Under the pieces are notes generated by a model. The model saw only the letters and a list, made by a program, of their open reading frames with translations, searched no databases and was not told the DNA's origin. Shown piece after piece: positions 6,472 to 15,937 of a stretch of 29,106 nt of DNA (positions are counted from its first letter, which is position 1; each line of letters starts with the position of its first letter). This DNA comes from an uncultured Gammaproteobacteria bacterium (lineage in GTDB: Bacteria; Patescibacteriota; Patescibacteriia; UBA9934; UBA11717): the NCBI GenBank assembly GCA_964636795.1, contig CAZWSS010000001.1:1-29106 (forward strand). The letters run 5' to 3'. Both the position numbers and the translations under genes were made by a program.

Positions 6472-7866
6472 TTAGGGCGTTAGCCCTCTCGCCGCCTTCC
6501 TAAACCGATTTCCCTTGTCCTTGAAGTCCGTAAACAAATCGTAGCTTGGTGCGGCCGTGGAGAGAAGGCAGGTGTGATGCGTGGGAGTGTGGGCGGCGCA
6601 GAGGGTGACGGCCTGCTCCATGGTATCGGCTTCATGCACAGTTCCATGATAGCCCGCCCGCAAAAGTGACGTCTTGATCTTGTCTCGGCCTCCGGGGAAG
6701 AGGATGACGTGGGGAATCGTGCGCGTGGTGATCAATGTCGTTAGAGCGTCATAGTCGTAGCCACGGTCCAGACCGCCGAGAATCATCGAACCTACGGGTG
6801 GCAGTACCCCCTCTCGAATATCCCCCTCAATCCCCCCTTGGAAAGAGGGGAGGGACTCGCTGCACGACCTGATGGCCGCCATAGTGGACTCGGGGGTGGT
6901 GGAGATGGCATCGTCCACATAGGTCACATCGTTGATTGTTGTCACGGTCTCCAGCCGATGCTCAAGCGGCTGAAAGGATGCAAACGCCTTGCCAACAATC
7001 TCGTAAGGAATTTCTAGCGACTTGGCGACCGCGAGCGCCATCAAAGCATTGTCGCGATTATGCGCCCCGGGTAACTTCAATGTGGCCGTTGGCAGAATCT
7101 CCTCGCGATCGTCGTAAAACCACTCGCCATCCCAGTGCAGCCCCTTCATGACTTTGACTGGAAGTCGAAACGCCTTGGTGTGCTTGGCGATCAAAATGAG
7201 GTCGTTGTAGAGGGCATGAAAGATGAACAGGTCATCCTTGCTTTGCCGCGCAGCGATGTTGGCCTTGGTGTTGATGTAGTTGGTGTAGTCGCCATGCCAA
7301 TCCAGATGATCGGGGAACGCGGAAACCATTACGGCAATATCGGGCCATCCGCTAAAGTCCTCGAGCATGTAGCTGGACATCTCGTAAACGATCCAGGTGT
7401 CGTTGGTAACCTCTCCCAGATGATCCCACTCTTGCACATCAATGTTGCCGATCAGAACGCTTGATCGACCGGCGGTTGCAAGCATGTGCGCGATCAGCGA
7501 TGCCGTGGTGGATTTCCCCTTGGTGCCGGTGACGGCAATGATTTTTGCGCGGGTGGTTGAACGGACTTCTTCAAAAAAAAGATTGGTGGACGTGGTGACA
7601 CGTGGTCGAAGAGTCTCTAGCTCGGGCCAGTAGCGGACGCCCGGAGAGCGAATGATGACATCAAACGCGTCCAGGTTATTCAGATAGTCGTCGCCCAAGC
7701 GTGAGGTTACGTGCGCGTCGTTTGGAATCTTGGTTGCCGTGCGCGCGTCTCGGATTTCGATCGGCAGGATGGGAAAGCGGCGGCGCAGCTCGGCAAATAA
7801 GGCTCGATTGGTTGCTTCAAACCCCACCATGGCTACGGATTTGCTTTGGAGATCGTTGAGAGTCAT
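6472..7866 (-). CDS. murD: UDP-MurNAc-L-Ala--glutamate ligase, MurD2-type (464 aa)
   Basis: IIRSPGV, VTGTKGKSTT P-loop, YEMSSY, PDHLDWHG, HRLE, DDAISTTPES and LGGLDRG motifs; immediately downstream of murL. Confidence 0.93.
   Translation of the reverse strand: MTLNDLQSKSVAMVGFEATNRALFAELRRRFPILPIEIRDARTATKIPNDAHVTSRLGDDYLNNLDAFDVIIRSPGVRYWPELETLRPRVTTSTNLFFEEVRSTTRAKIIAVTGTKGKSTTASLIAHMLATAGRSSVLIGNIDVQEWDHLGEVTNDTWIVYEMSSYMLEDFSGWPDIAVMVSAFPDHLDWHGDYTNYINTKANIAARQSKDDLFIFHALYNDLILIAKHTKAFRLPVKVMKGLHWDGEWFYDDREEILPTATLKLPGAHNRDNALMALAVAKSLEIPYEIVGKAFASFQPLEHRLETVTTINDVTYVDDAISTTPESTMAAIRSCSESLPSFQGGIEGDIREGVLPPVGSMILGGLDRGYDYDALTTLITTRTIPHVILFPGGRDKIKTSLLRAGYHGTVHEADTMEQAVTLCAAHTPTHHTCLLSTAAPSYDLFTDFKDKGNRFRKAARGLTP
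6821..6856. repeat. C/G-rich palindromic element inside murD, in frame
   Basis: tccccctcaatccccccttggaaagaggggagggac; encodes part of an atypical SESLPSFQGGIEGDIREGVL segment. Confidence 0.6.
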
Positions 7867-7870
7867 AAGG

Positions 7871-9226
7871 CTAGGCGGCGAGGTCAAGCCGATCCAAGAT
7901 CTCCTTGGGAATCATGTGCTCATCCGACGGCGTGAGCAGTCGCTCGATGACCTCATCATGATCGGCAATACCATCACGTACCTCGCCCACGTAAAGTTGC
8001 ATGGCAGGTGACGTGAGCACCTCTCCGCGACGGAAAGTGAGCTCAAAGGCGGCCGCTACCTCCTCGGTGGTTCCCACACATTCAAATGGTTTGTTCCCCA
8101 CGATCCCCAAGAGTTCACGATAAAGATCGAGGAGAACCTCCTGCTGATAAAGATCCTGGCCAAAGATGGCCACAACATCCTTGTGAGGCAGCCATGCGCA
8201 CAGTTGATTGAAGATGAATGTGCACTTGGGGCACTCCCCACACCAAAAGGCTTCTTTGCCGGCCGTGACGTTTGAGATGGTGAAGTTGCGATTGCAGCTG
8301 GAGAAAGCGTCAAAGAACTGTGGCATGGATGCAAACCGTTTCACGATCGCGAATTCGGAAAGGGGACGCACGAGACTCCACACACGCACGCGCTTGGTGA
8401 CGAACGCATCGAGATAGAGTTGCAACGACCGCTCAAAGGCGAGTGACTTACTCCACTGATGGTTGACCTCCATGCCTAGGAAATCAACATTTCTCTCGTT
8501 GGCGGTACGCTCCCAAGAGAACACGACATCACTCATATTGTGTATGAGGCCGACGACTACGGAGAGAAAACTCCACACGGCGCTGATAGGCACATGGCCG
8601 TTGAATATGTCGGGATGTGCTTTGGCGATCATGTCGAGAGCATCAAGGTCAATGTCGCGTTGGATAGTCAAAGCGGGAAGCTTGAGCGCTTGCAGGGAGC
8701 GCGCGATCGGTGATGCCTGTCCGTTGACCACGAAGGCCGTTAGGGGGACGTTGAGCACCTTGAGCATCTCCGCGGTCACGATCGAATCCTTGCCCCCGCC
8801 GATGGGAACCATGATGTGCTCCGTGCGCCGATTCGCCCCCTTCACGGTCGCCGCCTTGTCGTTGCCATAAGGGAAATGCACTTGGTCGCGGAAGTCAATA
8901 TCGTTGCGGTAGTAAAATTCGCCAAGCCCGTTGGTGTAGACGGTGTTCCAAAAATGCGCTTGGGTGCGGGAGAGGGTGCCACTTTTGATTTCGATGGTCT
9001 TGGAGCACAGAGTTTTCCAGTAGCTGATTCCGACCATCAAATGCAGGGCAAACAAGGCGCGATCGAGGTCTTGGCGCGGGAGAGGCTTGGTGGCGCCGTC
9101 GACGGGAACGACGATCCGCTCGGTGCAGGCGATGCCGTCAATCAAGTATCGCAACACAATGGCACCCATCTCGGCGTCAAAGTCATACGAATCAAAGACG
9201 AATGTGGTGTTGGAAAATGTGTTCAT
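7871..9226 (-). CDS. murL: UDP-MurNAc-L-Ala-L-Glu epimerase MurL (451 aa)
   Basis: GISYWK, GLGEFYYRN, VPIGGGKDS, NGHVP, NHQWSKS, FSSCNRNF and WCGECPKC motifs; coupled to murD. Start re-picked at 9226. Confidence 0.88.
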   Translation of the reverse strand: MNTFSNTTFVFDSYDFDAEMGAIVLRYLIDGIACTERIVVPVDGATKPLPRQDLDRALFALHLMVGISYWKTLCSKTIEIKSGTLSRTQAHFWNTVYTNGLGEFYYRNDIDFRDQVHFPYGNDKAATVKGANRRTEHIMVPIGGGKDSIVTAEMLKVLNVPLTAFVVNGQASPIARSLQALKLPALTIQRDIDLDALDMIAKAHPDIFNGHVPISAVWSFLSVVVGLIHNMSDVVFSWERTANERNVDFLGMEVNHQWSKSLAFERSLQLYLDAFVTKRVRVWSLVRPLSEFAIVKRFASMPQFFDAFSSCNRNFTISNVTAGKEAFWCGECPKCTFIFNQLCAWLPHKDVVAIFGQDLYQQEVLLDLYRELLGIVGNKPFECVGTTEEVAAAFELTFRRGEVLTSPAMQLYVGEVRDGIADHDEVIERLLTPSDEHMIPKEILDRLDLAA

Positions 9227-9232
9227 AGACGA

Positions 9233-9264
9233 TCCCCCTCCTGCCAGGAAGGGGTGAGGGGAGG
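9233..9264. repeat. C/G-rich palindromic element upstream of murL
   Basis: tccccctcctgccaggaaggggtgaggggagg; same hairpin+TGAGGGG architecture as the element within murD, in opposite orientation. Confidence 0.5.
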
Positions 9265-9298
9265 TCATCTAGCATGGTATCATGCTCGCAAAGACACT

Positions 9299-9706
9299 AT
9301 GAAATACTTTTCTTTATTGATCGCGATGCTTATTTTGGTGGGGGTGGGATGCCAAGCGGCGCCGACGATTCCGGAGGCAACGGCACCCGTGGTGCCACTT
9401 GATAGCCCGTTTCGCGGTGTGGATGGTTCGTTATCAAAAAATGCGTTTGATCGCGCGGCGGATGGGTTTATGACGTGGGCGGGTGCGCGTGAGCTCAATC
9501 CCGAAACGATTGACGCTCTGGTCGCAGTATGGCGTGAGGCAACGGGGGAAACGTACCCCGCCACTGATAGCTTCCAAGAGCCCATCATCTTCCGTCTTCC
9601 TACATGGCCCGAACGGGTGCTGCAACTGCGCTCGGCCGGCCAAGACGCGCGCTTGGACACCGAGGATGATTTTGTTCGACACTATCCGTTCCGCGAACAA
9701 GAGTAG
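9299..9706 (+). CDS. Putative lipoprotein (135 aa)
   Basis: MKYFSLLIAMLILVGVGC lipoprotein signal; TGgTATCAT extended -10 15 nt upstream. Confidence 0.8.
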   Translation: MKYFSLLIAMLILVGVGCQAAPTIPEATAPVVPLDSPFRGVDGSLSKNAFDRAADGFMTWAGARELNPETIDALVAVWREATGETYPATDSFQEPIIFRLPTWPERVLQLRSAGQDARLDTEDDFVRHYPFREQE

Positions 9707-9708
9707 GG

Positions 9709-9717
9709 TTATCCACA
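9709..9717 (+). promoter_or_regulatory. Perfect DnaA box
   Basis: TTATCCACA, intergenic. Confidence 0.5.
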
Positions 9718-9769
9718 ATCAGGACCCTTTGACGCCGTTTGGGCGATGTGCTTGAGTGCTCCAATCCCC

Positions 9770-10441
9770 ATGCTTACCAACGCCCAAGAAAAACTCATCC
9801 GATCGCTTCACACCAAGAAAGGCCGCTCCAAGAGCGGTCAGTGTTTGGTCGAAGGGCCGCGTGCGGTTGAAGCGGCCGGCGATGCGATTGAATGGACGTT
9901 CACGCGCGAGGATATTGGATCGTTCAGTGACTTGGTGACCACCGAGACGCCGCAAGAGATTGCGGCCGTGGCGCGAATCCCACAGTGGACACGAGACGAT
10001 GTGGCCACGCGACCAACGATTGTTGTCCTTGATGGCGTGCAAGATCCCGGCAACGTGGGCGCGATCCTTCGATTGTGTCAGGGGTTCAATGCATCGGCTC
10101 TGCTCGTTGAGTCCGCCGATGTCACAAGCCCAAAGGTGGTGCGCTCGTCTGCTGGAGCTCTCTTCTCGGTGCCATGGATAGACGTTGCACGCGGCGATGC
10201 ATCGGCGGTGATCAAAACATTTGATCGCGGCGTGTACCGCTTGGAACGGAAAGACGATGCGAAAGCCATCACCACGATCTCGATCGAGGATCCCATTGTC
10301 CTCATCGTGGGATCGGAGGGGCAGGGCATTCACCTTGATGTGGACGGCACGTCTGTGATGATCGCCCACGACCCGGCGCTCGAATCTCTCAACGTCGGCC
10401 ACGCGCTTGCTATCGCTCTGTTTCTCCGCAGCCGTTTTTGA
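9770..10441 (+). CDS. SpoU/TrmH-family SPOUT RNA methyltransferase
   Basis: LVEG, VLDGVQDPGNVGAILR, IVGSEGQGI and ESLNVGHA motifs. Start re-picked at 9770. Confidence 0.9.
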   Translation: MLTNAQEKLIRSLHTKKGRSKSGQCLVEGPRAVEAAGDAIEWTFTREDIGSFSDLVTTETPQEIAAVARIPQWTRDDVATRPTIVVLDGVQDPGNVGAILRLCQGFNASALLVESADVTSPKVVRSSAGALFSVPWIDVARGDASAVIKTFDRGVYRLERKDDAKAITTISIEDPIVLIVGSEGQGIHLDVDGTSVMIAHDPALESLNVGHALAIALFLRSRF

Positions 10442-10455
10442 TACACTGCCCCATT

Positions 10456-12024
10456 ATGCAATCACTTGAGCGACTTGTGGGAGCCGTTGGGGCCGATTTT
10501 TCGTGGGGCGAAAGTGCAGAGGTGATTACGGTGAGCAAGACCAGCCGCACGGCGGGCGCTGCCTATGAGCGCATCCGCAACGCCGTGGACTATGAGGAGG
10601 AGCACCTGTTGCGTCGCAATGCCGTCCGTCGGATTGTGATGCGCCGCGTGCAGGCCATGGACAAGCATCACACTACGCGCGGGGAGGCGTTGCTGACCGA
10701 GCTCATCTGGGCCAAGTACCTTCCCAACAAGAAAGTGCCACTAGGCACCATCGGTGCTATCGACACCGTCTTGGATCGCTATGACCGGCTGTTTGAGGCG
10801 ATTCCCAAGGGCGACGACCGCGCGAGTTACGAGGAATGGTTATTTGATGTCTTGTCGACCGAGATCGAATACATGCTGGAGCCGCCGCGAGCCGACGAGG
10901 CGCTGGCAGGGTTTATGTTTGAGCGCGTCAAGCGCGAGTTGGTTTGGGAGGCGGAAAAGTTGGAGACCTCGGAGCGAGATATGTTGCTTTACGCCGCTAT
11001 CTACCGCGCGTTGCTCAAATCCAACCCGGCCACGCTGCGCTACCGCATGCTCACGCTGTACTTCCCGCATTGGACGAAGGCCACCAAGGAACAGGTGGAG
11101 GAAGTCACAGGGCGATTGCCGGCACTCGTGCGAGCGATCGAATCCCACATTCAACACCCGTTGGCCGATCAACTCTACCGTCGCCTGCGCCGTTATGTGC
11201 TGGTGTTTTGGACCATCAAGGACATCATCAAGGAGCATCCCGAAGATGCGGCGGCGATCTTGAAAGACGAAGACAAACGCTCCAAGATGGTCAAACGCGT
11301 TGCCGAGGCACGTTACGAGCGCTTCCGCACCCGCCGCACCCGCACCGTGGCGCACGCGGTGCTGTTCCTCTTCCTCACCAAGATGCTTTTGGCACTGATC
11401 ATCGAAGTGCCCTACGAATACTTCTTCCTTGATCACATCGCGCTCGTAGCATTGACGATCAACATCTTGTTTCACCCAGTGTTCTTGTCAGTGATTGGCA
11501 TGACGGTCACCATCCCTGCTAAGCGCAACACGGACATGCTCATCAAACTGGTGGGCAATGTGATTGTAGACAAGGATCCCGCGCTCAACATCGTCTTTAA
11601 GGTCAGGAAGCCGTGGACGCAGGGATTCCTTGGGCAGTTTTTCACCGTGATCTACACGCTCACCTATCTCTTTAGCTACGGCGTGATTGCGTGGTTTCTG
11701 GCCTCGGTGCTCTCCTTCAATGTGGTCTCCGTGGCCCTGTTCTTGTTCTTCTTCTCGCTGGTGACGTTCTTTGGCATCAAGATTCGTCAGTCGGTGCAGG
11801 AACTTCTCGTAGTGGAGCGGCAGGGAAGTGTGATTGGGACGCTCTTTGATTTCTTTCTGTTGCCGATTGTGCGTGCTGGCCGTTGGATTTCGTTGCGCGC
11901 TCGTAAGCTCAACGTGTTCGTGTTCTTCTTGGACTACATCGCCGAGGCGCCCATCAAGCTCGGGATTGAGATGGTGGAGAGCTGGACGGCTTTCGTGAAG
12001 GCGCAGAAGGAGGAGCTGGAGTAG
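10456..12024 (+). CDS. Conserved hypothetical polytopic membrane protein (522 aa)
   Basis: Soluble helical N-terminal two-thirds with ERIRNAVDYEEEHLLRRNA, then several TM helices. TGaTACACT-8 nt-ATG. Confidence 0.8.
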   Translation: MQSLERLVGAVGADFSWGESAEVITVSKTSRTAGAAYERIRNAVDYEEEHLLRRNAVRRIVMRRVQAMDKHHTTRGEALLTELIWAKYLPNKKVPLGTIGAIDTVLDRYDRLFEAIPKGDDRASYEEWLFDVLSTEIEYMLEPPRADEALAGFMFERVKRELVWEAEKLETSERDMLLYAAIYRALLKSNPATLRYRMLTLYFPHWTKATKEQVEEVTGRLPALVRAIESHIQHPLADQLYRRLRRYVLVFWTIKDIIKEHPEDAAAILKDEDKRSKMVKRVAEARYERFRTRRTRTVAHAVLFLFLTKMLLALIIEVPYEYFFLDHIALVALTINILFHPVFLSVIGMTVTIPAKRNTDMLIKLVGNVIVDKDPALNIVFKVRKPWTQGFLGQFFTVIYTLTYLFSYGVIAWFLASVLSFNVVSVALFLFFFSLVTFFGIKIRQSVQELLVVERQGSVIGTLFDFFLLPIVRAGRWISLRARKLNVFVFFLDYIAEAPIKLGIEMVESWTAFVKAQKEELE

Positions 12025-12044
12025 GGACGTAGCACGCTACGCCC
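12021..12044 (+). repeat. GTAG-type REP-like palindrome
   Basis: GTAG-GGACGTAGC-ac-GCTACGCCC; a second copy lies at 27973-27996. Confidence 0.6.
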
Positions 12045-12071
12045 ACTTCACGCGGCTCATTATTGAATACA

Positions 12072-13085
12072 ATGAAGAGGAGAAATAAAAACAAACGGTC
12101 GCGATGGTGGTGGGGGAAGCGGGTCATCATGCTCGTCGTTGTTGGTGTGATCGCGCACCTGGTCTTGTCGCTTGCGATTCCTAAGACGACGGCGCCGGAG
12201 GAGATGCAATACGGTGTGACGTTTTCCCCGATGTACGCAGAGGAGCTTGGGTTGGATCCGATGGAGGCATTTGATGCCACGCTCGATCTTGGTGTACGGC
12301 TGTTTCGCATTCCGGTGTATTGGAATCGCGTGGAGCCTGAACAGGATCATTGGCAATGGGAAGAGACGGATGTGATCGTGGATCGTGCCGAGGCGAGTGG
12401 GGCCGAGATTGTTTTGGCGATCGGGCGGCGGGTACCGCGATGGCCGGAATGTTTTACGCCCGGGTGGGCATTGGTGTTGTCGGATGTTGATCGTGAGGCG
12501 GAGCAGTTTGCCTATGTGCGCGCCGTGGTAGATCGATACAAGAGTCGCGCTGTGGTAGTGCGATGGCAAATTGAAAACGAACCCTATTTTGAAATCTTCG
12601 GGCATTGCGCTGATCGTCCCATGGACGGCATGCTCGAGCGTGAGGTGGCACTGGTGCATGAGATCGATCAGACGCGCGAGATACAGACGACGGTGCCCGG
12701 TGAGCTTGGACTTTGGTACAAGGCCGCGCGGAGTGCCAACGTGATCGGTACCTCGGTCTATCGCACCACCTACACGCCCTTCCTCGGCCATAATACTTAC
12801 CCCATTCCCACGTGGTGGTATCGCCTCAAGGCGCGATGGGTGGTGCCAAGGCGTGTCGTCATTTCAGAACTACAAGCCGAGCCGTGGTTCAACGGTCGCG
12901 CTGCCGACTACACGATCGAGGAGCAGCTCGCATTGTTCGATGCACGCGATCTCGAGCGTCACATCCGCTACGCGCAGGCGATCGGATTTGATGAAGTCAT
13001 GCTCTGGGGTGTGGAGTGGTGGTATTATTTGTCCAAGAACGGCGAGTCGTCGCTGTGGAATGCGGCACGCGAGATCGTCTGGTAA
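12072..13085 (+). CDS. Membrane-anchored clan GH-A glycoside hydrolase (GH5/GH42-like)
   Basis: N-terminal TM; RIPVYWNRVEP, WQIENEP (acid/base) and ISELQAEPW (nucleophile) motifs. Confidence 0.8.
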   Translation: MKRRNKNKRSRWWWGKRVIMLVVVGVIAHLVLSLAIPKTTAPEEMQYGVTFSPMYAEELGLDPMEAFDATLDLGVRLFRIPVYWNRVEPEQDHWQWEETDVIVDRAEASGAEIVLAIGRRVPRWPECFTPGWALVLSDVDREAEQFAYVRAVVDRYKSRAVVVRWQIENEPYFEIFGHCADRPMDGMLEREVALVHEIDQTREIQTTVPGELGLWYKAARSANVIGTSVYRTTYTPFLGHNTYPIPTWWYRLKARWVVPRRVVISELQAEPWFNGRAADYTIEEQLALFDARDLERHIRYAQAIGFDEVMLWGVEWWYYLSKNGESSLWNAAREIVW

Positions 13086-13210
13086 CGGCTCACTCGCTTT
13101 GGCTGTTCGCTCCGACACATTCCTTTCGACGTGCGCTCCGTAGAACTTCGCGGTTCGAAAGAAACGTGTCGTCACGGCTTGCCTTTGCTCATTCGCTGCC
13201 CACTGGCCAC

Positions 13211-14563
13211 ATGCCTTCTGTGAATCACACGACCCACGACCCTCACTACGACCCTCGGCGGTTTCCGGAGGGGTTTTTGTGGGGGACGGCCACGAGTGCT
13301 TACCAGGTGGAGGGCGGCAATGTGCATGCGGATTGGTATGCGTGGGAGCGGCAGCCGGGCAAGATTGCTGATGGCACCACTTCCGGGCGCGCGGTGGATC
13401 ACTGGAACTTGTACAAGGGGGATTTTGTCATCGCCAACGAGACACTTCACAACAACGCGTATCGTTTTTCGGTGGAGTGGAGTCGGCTGGAGCCGCGAGA
13501 AGGCGAATGGGACGAGGAGGCGTTTGTGCATTACCGCGACATGCTGCGCGAGCTCAAGCGCCGCGGCATGACGGTGATGCTCACGGTGCATCACTTCACC
13601 AACCCACAGTGGTTGGCACGGCACGATGGCTGGGAGCGCGGGCGGGTGGTGCGGCGGTTTGATCGCTTGGTACGCAAGCTGTGTGAAGAGCTTGGAGAGT
13701 ACGTGGACCTTTGGTGCACCATCAACGAGCCGCTCGTCTACATTTTACAAGGGTATATTTTCTTGGAATGGCCGCCGCAGAAGAAGAGTTATGTGCGCGC
13801 CGCACGCGTGTTGCTCCATCAAGTGCAAGCTCATCGTCGTGCCTACCGATCGATTCACACATGGGCGCAGGAGCATCGCCGCCCGGTGCAAGTGGGGATG
13901 GCTCACAACGTCTCATCGCTTCACATTGATCGCAAGCACAGCTTCTTGGATCACATCGCGGTGGCGCTCATTGACCGTTTCTCCAATCATCTCTTTTACA
14001 CCCTCTCGGGTAAGCGCACCCACGACTACCTTGGCCTCAACTACTACTTTCACTTTCGGCTGCGCAGTGTCTGGGACTTTTTTCGCAAAGCGGGACCGCC
14101 TGAGCGCATGCGCACCATCAGCTTTGAATCATCGGACGTGGGCTGGGAGCTGTTCCCGCACGGCATCTTTGATGTGTGCGTGGACTTGGCCTCTTACAAA
14201 AAACCGATCTACATTACCGAGAACGGACTGGCGACCACCAACGACGACAAACGACTTCGCACTATCGTGAGCTACTTGTTGCAGGTATACTACGCCATTG
14301 AAGCGGGCGCCGACGTGCGCGGCTACTTCCATTGGTCGCTGTTGGATAACTTCGAGTGGGCCAAGGGCTTTGCGCCGACGTTCGGGCTTGTAGATGTTGA
14401 CCGAGCCACCATGCGCCGCGCGCCGCGACCGAGTGCGGAGGTGTATGGGATGATCGCCAAGGAGAATGCTATCCGCCACGACTTTTTGCGCTTCTTGGGA
14501 CATGGCACCAGCGACATTTTGCGTGCGTGGAAGAAGGAACATTTACCGACCGAGGAGGTATGA
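13211..14563 (+). CDS. Glycoside hydrolase family 1 (beta-glucosidase-like)
   Basis: FPEGFLWGTATSAYQVEG, YRFSVEWSR, TINEP, ITENG and WSLLDNFEW motifs. Start re-picked at 13211. Confidence 0.95.
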   Translation: MPSVNHTTHDPHYDPRRFPEGFLWGTATSAYQVEGGNVHADWYAWERQPGKIADGTTSGRAVDHWNLYKGDFVIANETLHNNAYRFSVEWSRLEPREGEWDEEAFVHYRDMLRELKRRGMTVMLTVHHFTNPQWLARHDGWERGRVVRRFDRLVRKLCEELGEYVDLWCTINEPLVYILQGYIFLEWPPQKKSYVRAARVLLHQVQAHRRAYRSIHTWAQEHRRPVQVGMAHNVSSLHIDRKHSFLDHIAVALIDRFSNHLFYTLSGKRTHDYLGLNYYFHFRLRSVWDFFRKAGPPERMRTISFESSDVGWELFPHGIFDVCVDLASYKKPIYITENGLATTNDDKRLRTIVSYLLQVYYAIEAGADVRGYFHWSLLDNFEWAKGFAPTFGLVDVDRATMRRAPRPSAEVYGMIAKENAIRHDFLRFLGHGTSDILRAWKKEHLPTEEV

Positions 14564-15936
14564 CTTACGAATACGACTTGCTGGTGATTGGCTCGGGCTC
14601 AGCCGGATTTTCGGCGGCGCAGGCGGCCAAGGGTGCCGGGCGGAAAATTGGCATCATTGAATCCGATCGATTGGGCGGCGAGTGCCCCAACTGGGCCTGC
14701 GTGCCTACCAAGGTGCTTTTGAAGAGCGCACGGTTGTTTCGTGAGATTGAGCGAGCAGAAGAGTATGGGATTTCTTTGGAGCGACCGCGATTGGATTTTC
14801 GGTCCGTCATGCGGCGGCGCAGTGACATTGTGGGCGGACTGGGAGGAGAGCGCATCGAAAGGATCGCCGACGCGTTGGGGCTTCACTTGCTGCGCGGCGC
14901 GGCGACGTTTTTAGACGAGCATACGGTGCAGGTAAGCGATCGGCAATACACGGCGCAAGCGTTTGTGATTGCCACTGGTGCCGGGACGTTCGTGCCAGCC
15001 ATTCCCGGACTCGATGCCGTGCCGTGGATGGGATTCAAAGATGCGGTGATGTTGAGCGAAGCGCCCGAGTCCCTGTTGATTGTGGGTGGTGGGCCGGTGG
15101 GTTGTGAATTTGCCACGTTCTTCTCGGCGGTTGGGACGAAGGTAACGATGGTGCAGGGAGCCGATCGACTGTTGTCGCGCGAAGAGCCGGAAGCATCAGA
15201 ATCAGTGACAGAGGCGTTGCGATCATTCGGGGTAGAGGTGATGACCGATGCCGAGATGGTGCGCGTTGATCATCAAGATAGTGTGGTGAAGGCCAAGGTG
15301 CGCGTGGGGAAGGAGATGCGATTGTTTGAGGCGTTGTCTCTTTTGTTGGCAACCGGTAAGCAGGCCAACACGGCCGGGCTGGGCTGCCAAGCAGCGGGCG
15401 TGAAGCTCTCGCCCAATGGCGAAGTGGTCACCAACCTTGAGCTGCGCACCACGGCCAAGAACATCTGGGCGGCCGGAGACGTGAACGGCGGACTTCAATT
15501 TACCCACACGGCGCATTATGAAGGGGCGATTGCGGGACACAATGTGTTTGCGGCTAAGGCACCGCGACAGGTGGATGAGCGCGTGGTGCCACGTGTGACG
15601 TTTACGGATCCCGAATGCGCGAGCGTGGGGATGACAGAGGTGGAGGTGCGAGAGAAGTACGGCAAGGCGAGCGTGGGGGTATTTGATCTGCGCGGGCTTG
15701 GACGGGCCTACATCGACGGGGTCTCGACGGGGTTTGTAAAAGTCGTTGGAGACCCCAAGACGGGGCGATTGCTCGGAGGGCACGTGGTGGGGGTGCGGGC
15801 GGGGGAGGTGATTCACGAAATGGCGATTGCGCTTCAGTTGAAAGCGCACGTGGCGGACTTGGCACAGACCATCCACGCCTACCCAACCTACTCGGAGGCC
15901 GTGGCCGCGGCTGCGTCGGTGGCCGAGGTGCGTTAG
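14560..15936 (+). CDS. Class I pyridine nucleotide-disulfide oxidoreductase (dihydrolipoamide dehydrogenase/MerA-like)
   Basis: GSGSAG FAD motif, GGECPNWACVPTK redox disulfide, GGGPVGCE NAD motif, HAYPTYSE. ATGA overlap with the GH1 stop; GAGGAGG upstream. Confidence 0.92.
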   Translation: MTYEYDLLVIGSGSAGFSAAQAAKGAGRKIGIIESDRLGGECPNWACVPTKVLLKSARLFREIERAEEYGISLERPRLDFRSVMRRRSDIVGGLGGERIERIADALGLHLLRGAATFLDEHTVQVSDRQYTAQAFVIATGAGTFVPAIPGLDAVPWMGFKDAVMLSEAPESLLIVGGGPVGCEFATFFSAVGTKVTMVQGADRLLSREEPEASESVTEALRSFGVEVMTDAEMVRVDHQDSVVKAKVRVGKEMRLFEALSLLLATGKQANTAGLGCQAAGVKLSPNGEVVTNLELRTTAKNIWAAGDVNGGLQFTHTAHYEGAIAGHNVFAAKAPRQVDERVVPRVTFTDPECASVGMTEVEVREKYGKASVGVFDLRGLGRAYIDGVSTGFVKVVGDPKTGRLLGGHVVGVRAGEVIHEMAIALQLKAHVADLAQTIHAYPTYSEAVAAAASVAEVR

Positions 15937-15937
15937 T

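Noticed and set aside
14560-15936. Mercuric reductase merA or bona fide lpdA symbol
   Set aside because: No C-terminal Cys pair, HMA domain or mer genes, and no PDH subunits nearby, so only a family-level call is supported.
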